The position numbers and the translations under genes are program-made. Below the pieces are notes generated by a model. It had not been told where the DNA came from. It saw only the letters and a list, made by a program, of their open reading frames with translations, and did not search any database. A stretch of DNA of 64,000 nt from an uncultured Actinomycetota bacterium (GTDB lineage Bacteria > Actinomycetota > Actinomycetes > JACCUZ01). Location: assembly GCA_963746465.1 (NCBI GenBank), contig CAVVAY010000013.1, positions 188,934-252,933 of the forward strand, written 5' to 3'. This document shows, piece by piece, positions 47,026-55,570 of this stretch (positions are counted from its first letter, which is position 1; each line of letters opens with the position of its first letter).

Positions 47026-47444
47026 CCCGGCAGGCGGACGTGACGGTGCTGCAGCGGGTGCTGGCCGCCCAGCACGCCGTCGTCTACGGGTACGGCGTGG
47101 CCGGCGCCCGGCTGCGCGGTGCCGCGCGGCGCCGGGCCGAGCGCGGGTGGACGACGCACCGGGCCGGCCGGGACGCCCTCGAGGCACAGCTGAGCGACCT
47201 GGGGGCTGATCCCGAGCCGCCCGCCCCGGCGTACGCGCTGCCGTCGCCAGTGGTCACCCCCGAGGACGCCGGCACCCTGCTCACCCTCCTCGAGGAGCGG
47301 CTGGCCGCGGTCTGGGCCGACGCCGTCGCCGACCTGTCCGGGAAGCTGCGAGGGCAAGCAGTGGACGGGCTGACCGAGGCCGCGGTCGCCGCCGCGAGGT
47401 GGCGTGGCGGCAGCGTGCCGTTCCCCGGACTGCCCGAGCGGTAG
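47022..47444 (+). CDS. Ferritin-like DUF4439 protein
   Basis: LAAQHAVVYGYGV, AYALP, A..W....PFPG. ATGA coupling to the upstream gene. Confidence 0.82.
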   Translation: MTRQADVTVLQRVLAAQHAVVYGYGVAGARLRGAARRRAERGWTTHRAGRDALEAQLSDLGADPEPPAPAYALPSPVVTPEDAGTLLTLLEERLAAVWADAVADLSGKLRGQAVDGLTEAAVAAARWRGGSVPFPGLPER

Positions 47445-47447
47445 CCG

Positions 47448-48332
47448 TCAGGGCGCGGTCGCGACCGCCACCGGGGCGAGGTCCGGCCACCAGGGCGACT
47501 CGACCACGCAGCGCGCGAACAACCACAGCCGCAGCCGCTCGGCATTCACCTCGCACAGGTCCGCCATCCGCGCCGTGAGGGCGTGCGGGTCGGCGGTCAG
47601 CCGGCCCGGGCAGTTGAGCATGTGCTGGAGCGGGTCGTACGCCGGGTCGCCGACGTACGGCTTGGGGTCGATCACCAGCCACGGCTCACGCTCGGCTGAG
47701 AGCACGTTGCCGCCGTGCAGGTCGGTGAGCAGCAGCACCTCGGCCTCAGCCGTCCCCGGCAACGACCGCCAGAGCTCCAGCCCGGCCCGGGCCAGACCCG
47801 GGTCGAGGGTCTGCCGGCGGTCCTCCTCGTGCTCCTGCGCCCAGGCCGCGCACATCTCGCCGAGCGGGCGGAAGGGCAGCACCGCCGGCGGCTCGAGCCA
47901 CAGCCGCCGCAGCAGCCCGGCGACGACCCGGTCCTGCTCGTCCTCGGGCAGCGTGCGCCCGAGCTCGGCGCCCGGGCGGGCGCGCTCGAGCAGCAGCGCC
48001 GTCGTGTCGCCGTCGACGAGATCGGCGTGCAGCAACACTGTTCCGCGCCCGCTCCACACCCGCAGTCCGGCCGCCTCGTCGCGGCCCTCGTCGTGCGTCC
48101 AGCCGACCTTCAGCACCAGGTCGCGGCCACCGGCGTCGCTGGCCGGCGCCGTCCACGAGCACTCGCCGCCCGGCTGGAACGGCGGACCCAGGGTCAGATC
48201 CCAGCGTGCCGCCAGCCCCGCGACGATCTGTGGCAGCCGCCCGATCCAGCCACGCCGCCGGTCGTGCAGGTCCTGCGCCGCCGCCTCGACCAGGTGGGAC
48301 GACAGCTCGAGGTCCCCGGTCACGCACCTCAT
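47448..48332 (-). CDS. APH(6)/hydroxyurea-resistance kinase family protein
   Basis: LVLKV, EAAGLRVWSGRGTV.L, LLLERA.PG, LLTDLHGGNVL, WLVIDPKP.VGDPAYD. Confidence 0.85.
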   Translation of the reverse strand: MRCVTGDLELSSHLVEAAAQDLHDRRRGWIGRLPQIVAGLAARWDLTLGPPFQPGGECSWTAPASDAGGRDLVLKVGWTHDEGRDEAAGLRVWSGRGTVLLHADLVDGDTTALLLERARPGAELGRTLPEDEQDRVVAGLLRRLWLEPPAVLPFRPLGEMCAAWAQEHEEDRRQTLDPGLARAGLELWRSLPGTAEAEVLLLTDLHGGNVLSAEREPWLVIDPKPYVGDPAYDPLQHMLNCPGRLTADPHALTARMADLCEVNAERLRLWLFARCVVESPWWPDLAPVAVATAP

Positions 48333-48421
48333 CCTGCCGCGCGGTTCAAGGTCGAGAGCGTTCCGGCCGAATCAGTGCGGAGCCGCTCTCACCACGCGGC
48401 ACGAGGTCACGGGGGCCCACG

Positions 48422-48973
48422 ATGGACGTCACTCTTCCTGCGCCGTGGCTGGCCGGCGGCCAGCTGCCCATGGTCTGCGCGCGGCACGGCGGCCCGTCGA
48501 GCCACCGGGCAAAGCGCTCCATCCACACCAAGACGCCGAGCTGGGTCTTCCTGATCATGCTTTGCTCGCTGCTCATCGGGGCGATCGTCGCGCTGTCGAT
48601 CCGGAAGACCGTGAAGGGTCAGCTGTCCGCCTGCTCGCGGTGCACGACCGACCGACGACGCTTCCGCGCTGCGGTGGTCGCGGCCTGGGTGCTGTCCGCC
48701 GTCCTGCTCGGAGTCGTGGGTTCGTCGCCATCGGACTTCTGGGTGGTCCTGTGGACGCTGTTCGCCATCGGTGCGCTGACTTTCACGTTCTGCGGAGACC
48801 TGTTCCGGGTGCGCGGTCACCTTCGGCCCGACCTGGTCTGGGTGGACCTCAAAGGCGTGCACGAGGACTTCGCCCGACCGGTGATGGAGGCGCTGCGCCC
48901 GCCGGTCCCAGCCGGCGCCGCACCGGTGCTGGGAGCCAGCACCGGCGCGGTCAACGTGCTGCCAGGGGGCTGA
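48422..48973 (+). CDS. Uncharacterised membrane protein with CxxH and CxxC motifs
   Basis: LPMVCARHG, TM segment, ACSRC, two more TM segments, VDLKGVHEDFA. Confidence 0.7.
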   Translation: MDVTLPAPWLAGGQLPMVCARHGGPSSHRAKRSIHTKTPSWVFLIMLCSLLIGAIVALSIRKTVKGQLSACSRCTTDRRRFRAAVVAAWVLSAVLLGVVGSSPSDFWVVLWTLFAIGALTFTFCGDLFRVRGHLRPDLVWVDLKGVHEDFARPVMEALRPPVPAGAAPVLGASTGAVNVLPGG

Positions 48974-48975
48974 TT

Positions 48976-51000
48976 TCAGCGCCGGACGACGGTGAAGCCT
49001 CCCGCCACCACGCTGACCGGGACCTCGCCGGACGCCTTGCTGGTCGACGCACGCACCAGGCGGCCGCGACCGTCGTAGACCTCGATCCGGGCCGGACCAC
49101 TGCCCGGCACCGCGACCTTGGCCCGCTGGTCGGTGGTGGCAGCGCTGCGCAGCAAAGCGGTCCCGTGGCCGTCACCGCCGAGCACCAGCCGGGAGACCAG
49201 GGGCTCGACCATCAGCGCGTCCAGCCGAGCCTCGTCGCCGCCGGTGGCGGTGGTCGTGGCCGTCACCACCTGCTGGCCGGGGGGCAGCGTCACCGGCAGG
49301 GTCACCGGCAGCAGAGCGCCCGGGGCCGGTGAGTCGCCCTGCGGACCGATGTCGCCCGAGCGGACCGTGCCGAGCACGGTGTCCCCCGCCCGGAAGGTGG
49401 TGACTGCGGTGCTGCCGGGCTGCAGGTCCACGACGGCGATGACCAGCCGCTTCTCACCCTTGCCGACCGTCACCCGGGCGGAGCCGCCCGCCGGCAGCGC
49501 GACGTAGCGGCCGCCCTCGTACTGCGACTCCCCTGTCCAGGCGCTCGCCGGCGTGACCACGTGCGCGCCACCGGCCAGCGCCGCGCCCTCGACCGGGACC
49601 TCCCGGGTGCCCACCCGTTCCCGCACGCCGGCGGTCCGGGCGAGCTCGGCGACGTCCGGGTTCGCGTCCAGGGCGAGCATCGAGAGCAGCCCGTGGATGG
49701 TCGACTCGGCCCCCGCGTTGTGGTTCACGGAGCCGTCCGCCTGGATGCCGTCCACGGAACGGCCGGTCGTCGGGTCGTAGGCAGGCTGACCTGACGCGTT
49801 GGCGCCGAAGTACCAGGCCGCCATCACCCCCGCCAGTCGACGAAGCCCGGTCGAGCCGGTGACCTCGGCGGTGGCGAGCAGCGACTGCAGCCGCGAGTCG
49901 ACGCCGTAGGTGATCTGCGAGCGGTCCACCCGCGTCGGCAGCCGTCCGTTGTCCGGGCCGCCGGAGGTCAGCATCCACGGGTCGAAGACCGCGGAGTCCC
50001 GGGTGGCGACCGCGGCCAGCGACGCGTCGCCCAGCGCCACCGAGGCGCGAGCGAGCGCCGCGGGCATCTGCGAGCCCCAGCCGTGCCAGATGGAGCGCGA
50101 CAGCACCCACGGCCGGACGGCACCGAACGGCCAGCTGCGCGCGTCGCCGCCGCCGAGGGCAGCGATGCCGCTCGCCAGCTTGACCAGCGCGTCCCGGGCC
50201 GCGGGAGTCGCCGACCCGGTCCGGACGTAGGCCGAGAGGCCGAGCACCGCCTCTGCGCTGGCGTCGCCGCCGTCGGCGATCAGCCAGGCGGGAGACTGCT
50301 CGCCGTCGATGTTCCTGAACTGGCCGTAGCGTGCCAGCGGCTGTCGCTGCACTGCGCCGACACTGAGGTCCAGCCGGTCCTTGAGGAAGCCGGCGAACGC
50401 GGGGTCCGAGCCACGGAAGGCCGCGTAGCCCTCGCCGAGCGCCCAGACCGTGCGGGCCAGCCAGTAGGACTCGGCGCTGTCCGACGGATCGGGCTCCTCG
50501 TGAACCACCGGGCTCGGGTTCAGGGTGCCGTCGGTCTGCATCCAGAGCACGACGTTGCCGGCGTTGGGGCCGGACGAGGTCTGGAAGTAGGCCACCGCGC
50601 GCAGCAGGTCGAAGGCCTTCTGCCGACTGGTCGCGTCGCCGGTCTGCTGCCAGTGCCGCAGGTACACGACCGCGGCCCGGGTGACGTCGTCGGCGTTGAA
50701 GGCGCCCTGCCCCCAGTTGCCGTCGCCGTCGTCGTCACCGCCGCCACCGATCCGGTCGTAGTGCCCGTCGGCGCGCCGGTCGGCGTAGGTCCAGAGGACC
50801 CCCAGCGGCCGGTCCGGCTGGTAGGTCGTGTGGTTCGCCTGGGCCGGCGGGCTCACGGTGGTGCCGAGGAAGTCCAGGTGGGCGAAGTTGGTCAGAGGTA
50901 CGGCGGCGGACGCCGGCGACGTCGCCTGCCCCATCACCAGCACGGAGCAGACCAGGGCGAGCACGAGAGCGCCGATGGTGCGGCGCGGCGCGCGGGTCAC
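48976..51000 (-). CDS. Secreted putative glycoside hydrolase-like protein (helical catalytic domain plus C-terminal beta/CBM-like domain)
   Basis: Signal peptide ending SPASA, GAFNADDVTRAAVVY, SYWLARTVWALGE, WYFGAN, DGI..NHNAGAESTIHGLL. Last gene of the sugar operon. Confidence 0.65.
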   Translation of the reverse strand: MTRAPRRTIGALVLALVCSVLVMGQATSPASAAVPLTNFAHLDFLGTTVSPPAQANHTTYQPDRPLGVLWTYADRRADGHYDRIGGGGDDDGDGNWGQGAFNADDVTRAAVVYLRHWQQTGDATSRQKAFDLLRAVAYFQTSSGPNAGNVVLWMQTDGTLNPSPVVHEEPDPSDSAESYWLARTVWALGEGYAAFRGSDPAFAGFLKDRLDLSVGAVQRQPLARYGQFRNIDGEQSPAWLIADGGDASAEAVLGLSAYVRTGSATPAARDALVKLASGIAALGGGDARSWPFGAVRPWVLSRSIWHGWGSQMPAALARASVALGDASLAAVATRDSAVFDPWMLTSGGPDNGRLPTRVDRSQITYGVDSRLQSLLATAEVTGSTGLRRLAGVMAAWYFGANASGQPAYDPTTGRSVDGIQADGSVNHNAGAESTIHGLLSMLALDANPDVAELARTAGVRERVGTREVPVEGAALAGGAHVVTPASAWTGESQYEGGRYVALPAGGSARVTVGKGEKRLVIAVVDLQPGSTAVTTFRAGDTVLGTVRSGDIGPQGDSPAPGALLPVTLPVTLPPGQQVVTATTTATGGDEARLDALMVEPLVSRLVLGGDGHGTALLRSAATTDQRAKVAVPGSGPARIEVYDGRGRLVRASTSKASGEVPVSVVAGGFTVVRR

Positions 51001-51419
51001 GGCGCGCTCGTCCCGTTGCGGCCGTACCGGTCCTCGAGCCGGACGACGTCCTCACGCCAGCCCGGGGCGGCGGTGGATGCTTCGACGAACATCGAGTCCT
51101 CCAGTGCTCGAAGCCGGTGCAGCAGACCAGGCGGCACGTGCACCGACGTACCGACCGGCAACGGCACGGCGGTCAGGGCGTCGGCCGCGGTGCCGAGGTC
51201 GAGCTCGGCCCGGCCGGAGACCAGCGCGATCGTCTCGTCCTTGTCCTCGTGGTACTGCAGCGACAGCGACTCTCCCGCTCGCACGGTCAACAGCTTGCCG
51301 ACGTAGCCTCCCTCGACCACGGCAAAGATGTCCTCGTGGCCCCAGGGCTTGTCGACCCGCTGGACGGGTCGCGGTGCCGGGCTCTCGGTGGTCGCGGTGT
51401 GCTGACTGGTCTCGGTCAT
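50997..51419 (-). CDS. Cupin resembling the type II mannose-6-phosphate isomerase domain
   Basis: RVDKPWG, KLLTVRAGESLSLQYH..KDET, PPGLLHRL, EAST, DVVRLEDRYGR. Confidence 0.8.
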   Translation of the reverse strand: MTETSQHTATTESPAPRPVQRVDKPWGHEDIFAVVEGGYVGKLLTVRAGESLSLQYHEDKDETIALVSGRAELDLGTAADALTAVPLPVGTSVHVPPGLLHRLRALEDSMFVEASTAAPGWREDVVRLEDRYGRNGTSAP

Positions 51420-52636
51420 GCGGTCCTCATGTCGTCTCGTCGGTCGATGGTCGAAGTCGTCAGCTCGGGGTGGACGTGCCGTCCCTCGGCGGCGGACCGG
51501 CGCGCCGCGTCCGCGACGGCGACGGCGGCGAGTGCGTGGGCGGCGCCGGAGCGCGGGGGCGGTCCACCGGCCGCGGCGCTGAGCAGGTCCGCGGCCGCGG
51601 CCCGGACGCTCTCGGCGTACACCCGCTGCTTCGCGCCGTCGTCACCCAGCACCAGCTCGAGCACGACGCGGTGCGGCAGGTCGAGGTCGCGGCCCCGCCC
51701 GCAGGCCGACCGCGGCCCGGCATCGCGATGCACCACCGCGGTCACACCGCTCCCCGGGCCGAGCCGGTGCCCGGGGACGTGCAGCAGCCCATCTGCTCGG
51801 GCCGGCAGGCCGTACGCCGTCTCGGCACCGGCGTCGTCGGTCCACGCCTCCACCCGGGCCCGCAGCGGGATCCAGCCCTCGACCCGGACCTCGGCGGCGC
51901 CGTGGTCGAGGCGCAGGTGCTGACGTTCGCACCGGGTGGCGTGGGTGAAGCCGTGGGTGTGGGTCGCGAGTGCGCCACCTGCGTGCCGGGCGGTGGCGCT
52001 GACCAGGTCGGTGGTGCCGTCGGCGCGCTGCGTGGCGACGGCCGAGACGACATCCGGCGCGCTGCCGAGCAGCAGGTGCGCAGCGTCGAAGAAGTGGACG
52101 CCGTGCTCGACGAAGATGCCGCCGCTCACGGCCTCGTCCCAGAACCAGTGACCGGCCGGCAGGTTCTCGTCGCTGGCGTCGTTCTGGAAGCTGAAGACCT
52201 GCACCGGCCCGAGCAGCTCGTCCTGCAGCCGGACCAGCGCCTGCAGCAGCGGGTTGTAGCGCAGCACGTGGTCGACGACGAGCACCTGCCCGGACGCCTC
52301 CGCGGCCGCCGCCACGATCCGTGCGGTCGCGAGATCGGTGGCCAGCGGCTTCTCGCACAGGACGTGCCGGCCGGCGTCCAGCGCCGCAAGGGTGATCTCG
52401 GCGTGCCGGGCCGGCGGTGCCACCACCGCCACCACGTCGACCCGGTCGTCAGTGAGCAGGGCACGCCAGTCGCTGCTCGCCGTCGCGCCGTGCTGGGAGG
52501 CGAGGGTCTCCGCCCGGTCCCGGTCCGGGTCGGCCACCGCGCGCACCTCGAGGCCGGGGAGGTCGGCCACGGCGTCGGCCAGGAAGCCGGCGAACCGACC
52601 GGCTCCTGCAAGGCCGAGGCCGAGGGTGCGCGTCAC
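51416..52636 (-). CDS. Gfo/Idh/MocA family NAD(P)-dependent oxidoreductase
   Basis: GLAGAGRF, AGRHVLCEKPLA, DHVLRYNP, WFWD..SGGIFVEHGVHFFD. Confidence 0.88.
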   Translation of the reverse strand: MTRTLGLGLAGAGRFAGFLADAVADLPGLEVRAVADPDRDRAETLASQHGATASSDWRALLTDDRVDVVAVVAPPARHAEITLAALDAGRHVLCEKPLATDLATARIVAAAAEASGQVLVVDHVLRYNPLLQALVRLQDELLGPVQVFSFQNDASDENLPAGHWFWDEAVSGGIFVEHGVHFFDAAHLLLGSAPDVVSAVATQRADGTTDLVSATARHAGGALATHTHGFTHATRCERQHLRLDHGAAEVRVEGWIPLRARVEAWTDDAGAETAYGLPARADGLLHVPGHRLGPGSGVTAVVHRDAGPRSACGRGRDLDLPHRVVLELVLGDDGAKQRVYAESVRAAAADLLSAAAGGPPPRSGAAHALAAVAVADAARRSAAEGRHVHPELTTSTIDRRDDMRTA

Positions 52637-53703
52637 GTGTGGTCGAGCCTCGCCACGCCGATCTTGGAGTCGGCCATGCCGTAGAACACGAACCGCACCC
52701 CGTCGACCAGCTCGATCGCGGTCGGGAACACCACGTTCGGCACGGTGCCGGCCCGCTCGTCGTCGGTCTCCGGGGCGAGGATCGGCTCGGCCGTGCGGGA
52801 CAGGACCCGCGACGGGTCCTCGGGGTCCAGCAGCATCGCGCCGGCGGCGTACTCGACGCGCTGCGTGGTCGGGTCGAAGCCGACGGGCTGCTCGCCGGTG
52901 ACGCCGTGATGGATGAGCAGCCAGCCCTCGTCGACCCGCAGCGGAGGCGGCCCGGCACCGATCTTCAGCTGCTCGTAGGGGAACTCGGCCAACGCGACGC
53001 ACCGGTGGTCGCGCGGCCGGGCCAGCGCCCGGACGTCGGCCTGCGCCTCGTCGACCGGCACGTAGGAGATCCAGATGCCCGGCCGCTCGTCGGTGGTGCC
53101 GGCCGGCAGGTGCACGGTCTCGCCCTCACGGAACCAGCCCAGGTCCCACATCGGGCGGTGCAGCATGGCGTACGCCGGCCGGCCCTGCGGGTCCGGCACC
53201 GGCTCGGGGAAGAACACCGCGTCCTTGTTGGGGAACATGCACAGGTCGGTGTCGAGGTCGGGCTGGTAGGCGAACTGCACCGGCCCCAGCCGGCGCCAGT
53301 CGCGCAGGTCGGACGACACCGCGAGGGCGAGCCGAGGGCCGAGCGGACCGAACGCGACGTACGTCATGAGGTGCAGGCCGAGCGACGGCACCCAGGTGGT
53401 GCGGGGGTCCTCGACCCCGGCGTTGTGCGCGCCGCGTTCCCAGCCCTCGTCCGGGGCGAGGACCACGCCTCTGCGCTCGACGCCCACCGGCACGCCGTCC
53501 TCGATCAGCACCTCGGCGAGCCCGACCCTGGACACGTTGCCGGCGGCGACGATGCGCGGCAGCAGGTGCAGCCGGCCGTCCGGTGCGCGCCCGCTGGCCG
53601 GGTTGAGGACGCCGAGCTCCTCCAGCGGGTCGTCGGGCTGCGGCGACATGACGACGCCGAGCCGGGTCAGCGCGTAGGGGACGGTGGTCGTCTGGGCGGG
53701 CAC
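52633..53703 (-). CDS. GH130 family glycoside phosphorylase (beta-mannoside phosphorylase-like)
   Basis: GVLNPA, GVEDPR, PNKDAVFFP, MLHRP, KIGAGPPP, WLLIHHGV, LLDPEDP, PNVVFP, FYGMADS. Confidence 0.85.
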   Translation of the reverse strand: MPAQTTTVPYALTRLGVVMSPQPDDPLEELGVLNPASGRAPDGRLHLLPRIVAAGNVSRVGLAEVLIEDGVPVGVERRGVVLAPDEGWERGAHNAGVEDPRTTWVPSLGLHLMTYVAFGPLGPRLALAVSSDLRDWRRLGPVQFAYQPDLDTDLCMFPNKDAVFFPEPVPDPQGRPAYAMLHRPMWDLGWFREGETVHLPAGTTDERPGIWISYVPVDEAQADVRALARPRDHRCVALAEFPYEQLKIGAGPPPLRVDEGWLLIHHGVTGEQPVGFDPTTQRVEYAAGAMLLDPEDPSRVLSRTAEPILAPETDDERAGTVPNVVFPTAIELVDGVRFVFYGMADSKIGVARLDHT

Positions 53704-53705
53704 GA

Positions 53706-54629
53706 TCAGCCCTTCACGCCGGAGCCGAGCTCGGAGGAGGTGAAGTGCCGCTGGAAGGCGACGAACAACGCGACCGCGGGCGCGGCGAGCACGACGGCCC
53801 CCGCGAGGATCGCGCCGTAGGGGTTGCTGGCCCGTCCCGCGACGTTGGACAGGTAGTTCGCCAACGACACGGCCAGCGGCTGGAGGCTGTTGTCCTTGGT
53901 GATGAGGAAGGGCCACAAGAACTCGTTCCACGGCCCGATGAAGGTGAGCAGGACGGCGGTGAGAAGCGCGGGGCGCACCAGCGGCAGGGCGATCGACCAG
54001 AGGATGCGCATCTCGCCCGCGCCGTCGATCCTGGCGGCCGAGAACAGGTCCTCGGGCAGCTGCAGGAAGAACTGCCGGAAGATGAAGACGGCCGTCGAGT
54101 TGATGGCGAACGGCAGGATCATCCCGAGGTAGGTGTCGGCCAGCCCGTAGCTGCGCACGATCATCACGTACAGCGGGATCATCAGCAGCTGAAACGGCAC
54201 GAGCTGCACGAGCAGCATCGACGCGAACAACGCCCCGCGGCCACGGAAGTGCAGCACCGCCAGCGCGTAACCGGCAAGGACGCCGAAGACGATCGTCCCC
54301 AGGATGACGCCCCCGGTGAAGATGCCGGAGTTGAGCAGCGACTGGGCCAGGTCGACGCGTTCGTTGATCTGCTTGTAGTTGTCGAGGGTCCAGCCGCCGA
54401 TCGGGAAGGCGCCCCCGACGGACGTGTCGGACTTCGCCTGCAGCGACCCGACGAGCATGTAGTAGAAGGGAAAGAGGAACACCAACGCGCCCAGGGCGAG
54501 CAGGGCGAAGCGGGCCAGGTAGGGCAGGTCGAAGCGCCGGCGCTCCGGCACCGGCGTCACGGCGCGTGACGAGGTGCTGTCGTCGATCGTGGGCGGCGGG
54601 GTGAGGGCCGTCTGGGTTGGTTCACTCAT
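53706..54629 (-). CDS. Carbohydrate ABC transporter permease (MalG-like)
   Basis: FIFRQFFLQLPEDLFSAARIDGAG (EAA loop), WNEFLWP, FQRHF..G.KG. Confidence 0.92.
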   Translation of the reverse strand: MSEPTQTALTPPPTIDDSTSSRAVTPVPERRRFDLPYLARFALLALGALVFLFPFYYMLVGSLQAKSDTSVGGAFPIGGWTLDNYKQINERVDLAQSLLNSGIFTGGVILGTIVFGVLAGYALAVLHFRGRGALFASMLLVQLVPFQLLMIPLYVMIVRSYGLADTYLGMILPFAINSTAVFIFRQFFLQLPEDLFSAARIDGAGEMRILWSIALPLVRPALLTAVLLTFIGPWNEFLWPFLITKDNSLQPLAVSLANYLSNVAGRASNPYGAILAGAVVLAAPAVALFVAFQRHFTSSELGSGVKG

Positions 54630-54630
54630 G

Positions 54631-55557
54631 TCAGTCCCTCTCCAGGGCACGGCGGCTGAGCAGGGACAGGGCCAGCACGCCGATCACGAGGATCACGCCG
54701 ATGGCGGCGGCGACGTCAGGGTTCCCCTGCTCGATGCCCTTCTGGTACATCACCAGCACCGGTGACGCCGAGGCGCCGTCCGGGCCGCCTCCATTGGTGA
54801 GCAGGTACGGCTCGGTGAACAGGTTGGCGCCGGTGATGATCGCCAGGATGACCACCAGCGCGGTGGCCGGCCGGACGCCGGGAATGGTCACGTTGCGCAT
54901 CTGCTGCCAGCGGGTGGCTCCGTCGACGCTGGCCGACTCGTACAGCTCCTTGGGCACCGACTGCAGGGCAGCGAGGTAGAGCAGGATGTAGAAGCCCAGC
55001 CCCTTCCAGGTGACGAAGATCGCGATGAGCGGCATCGCCAGGGAGGAGTTGACCAGCCAGGACGGGTCCGGGGCGAGGCCGCCGAGCAGCTGGTTGACCA
55101 TGCCGTCCTTGGAGAACAGGAACAGCCAGACGGACACGACCGCGACGCTGGCGCTGATGTAGGGCACGTAGTAGCCGACCCGGAAGAAGGTCCGGCCCAC
55201 GATGGCCGCGTTGAGTGCGTTGGCCAGGATCATGGACAGCCCGACGGTCAACGGGACGTTGATGACCAGGAAGACGCCGACGTTGAAGAACGCGCGCCGG
55301 ACGTCCGGGTCGCTGAGGACCGTCGCATAGTTGTCGAAGCCGACGAACGGTCGCGGCACGCTGGCGCCCGGCGCGGCGAAGAAGTAGTCGTGGAAGCTCA
55401 TCCACACCGCCAGCCCGAGCGGGTAGGCGAACACGGCGGCAAGGAAGAGGGCGTAGGGCGCCGCGAACGCGATGCCCAGCGGCTGGCGACCGAGAACGGT
55501 CGCCAGCCGGCTGCGGCGAGGGCTGCCCGCAGACTGCGTGGGCTGTGCTGTCGTCAT
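54631..55557 (-). CDS. Carbohydrate ABC transporter permease (MalF-like)
   Basis: FVGFDNY, LAALQSVPKELYESASVDGA (EAA loop), FTEPYLLTNGGGP. Confidence 0.92.
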   Translation of the reverse strand: MTTAQPTQSAGSPRRSRLATVLGRQPLGIAFAAPYALFLAAVFAYPLGLAVWMSFHDYFFAAPGASVPRPFVGFDNYATVLSDPDVRRAFFNVGVFLVINVPLTVGLSMILANALNAAIVGRTFFRVGYYVPYISASVAVVSVWLFLFSKDGMVNQLLGGLAPDPSWLVNSSLAMPLIAIFVTWKGLGFYILLYLAALQSVPKELYESASVDGATRWQQMRNVTIPGVRPATALVVILAIITGANLFTEPYLLTNGGGPDGASASPVLVMYQKGIEQGNPDVAAAIGVILVIGVLALSLLSRRALERD

Positions 55558-55570
55558 GGCAGCGGACCGG

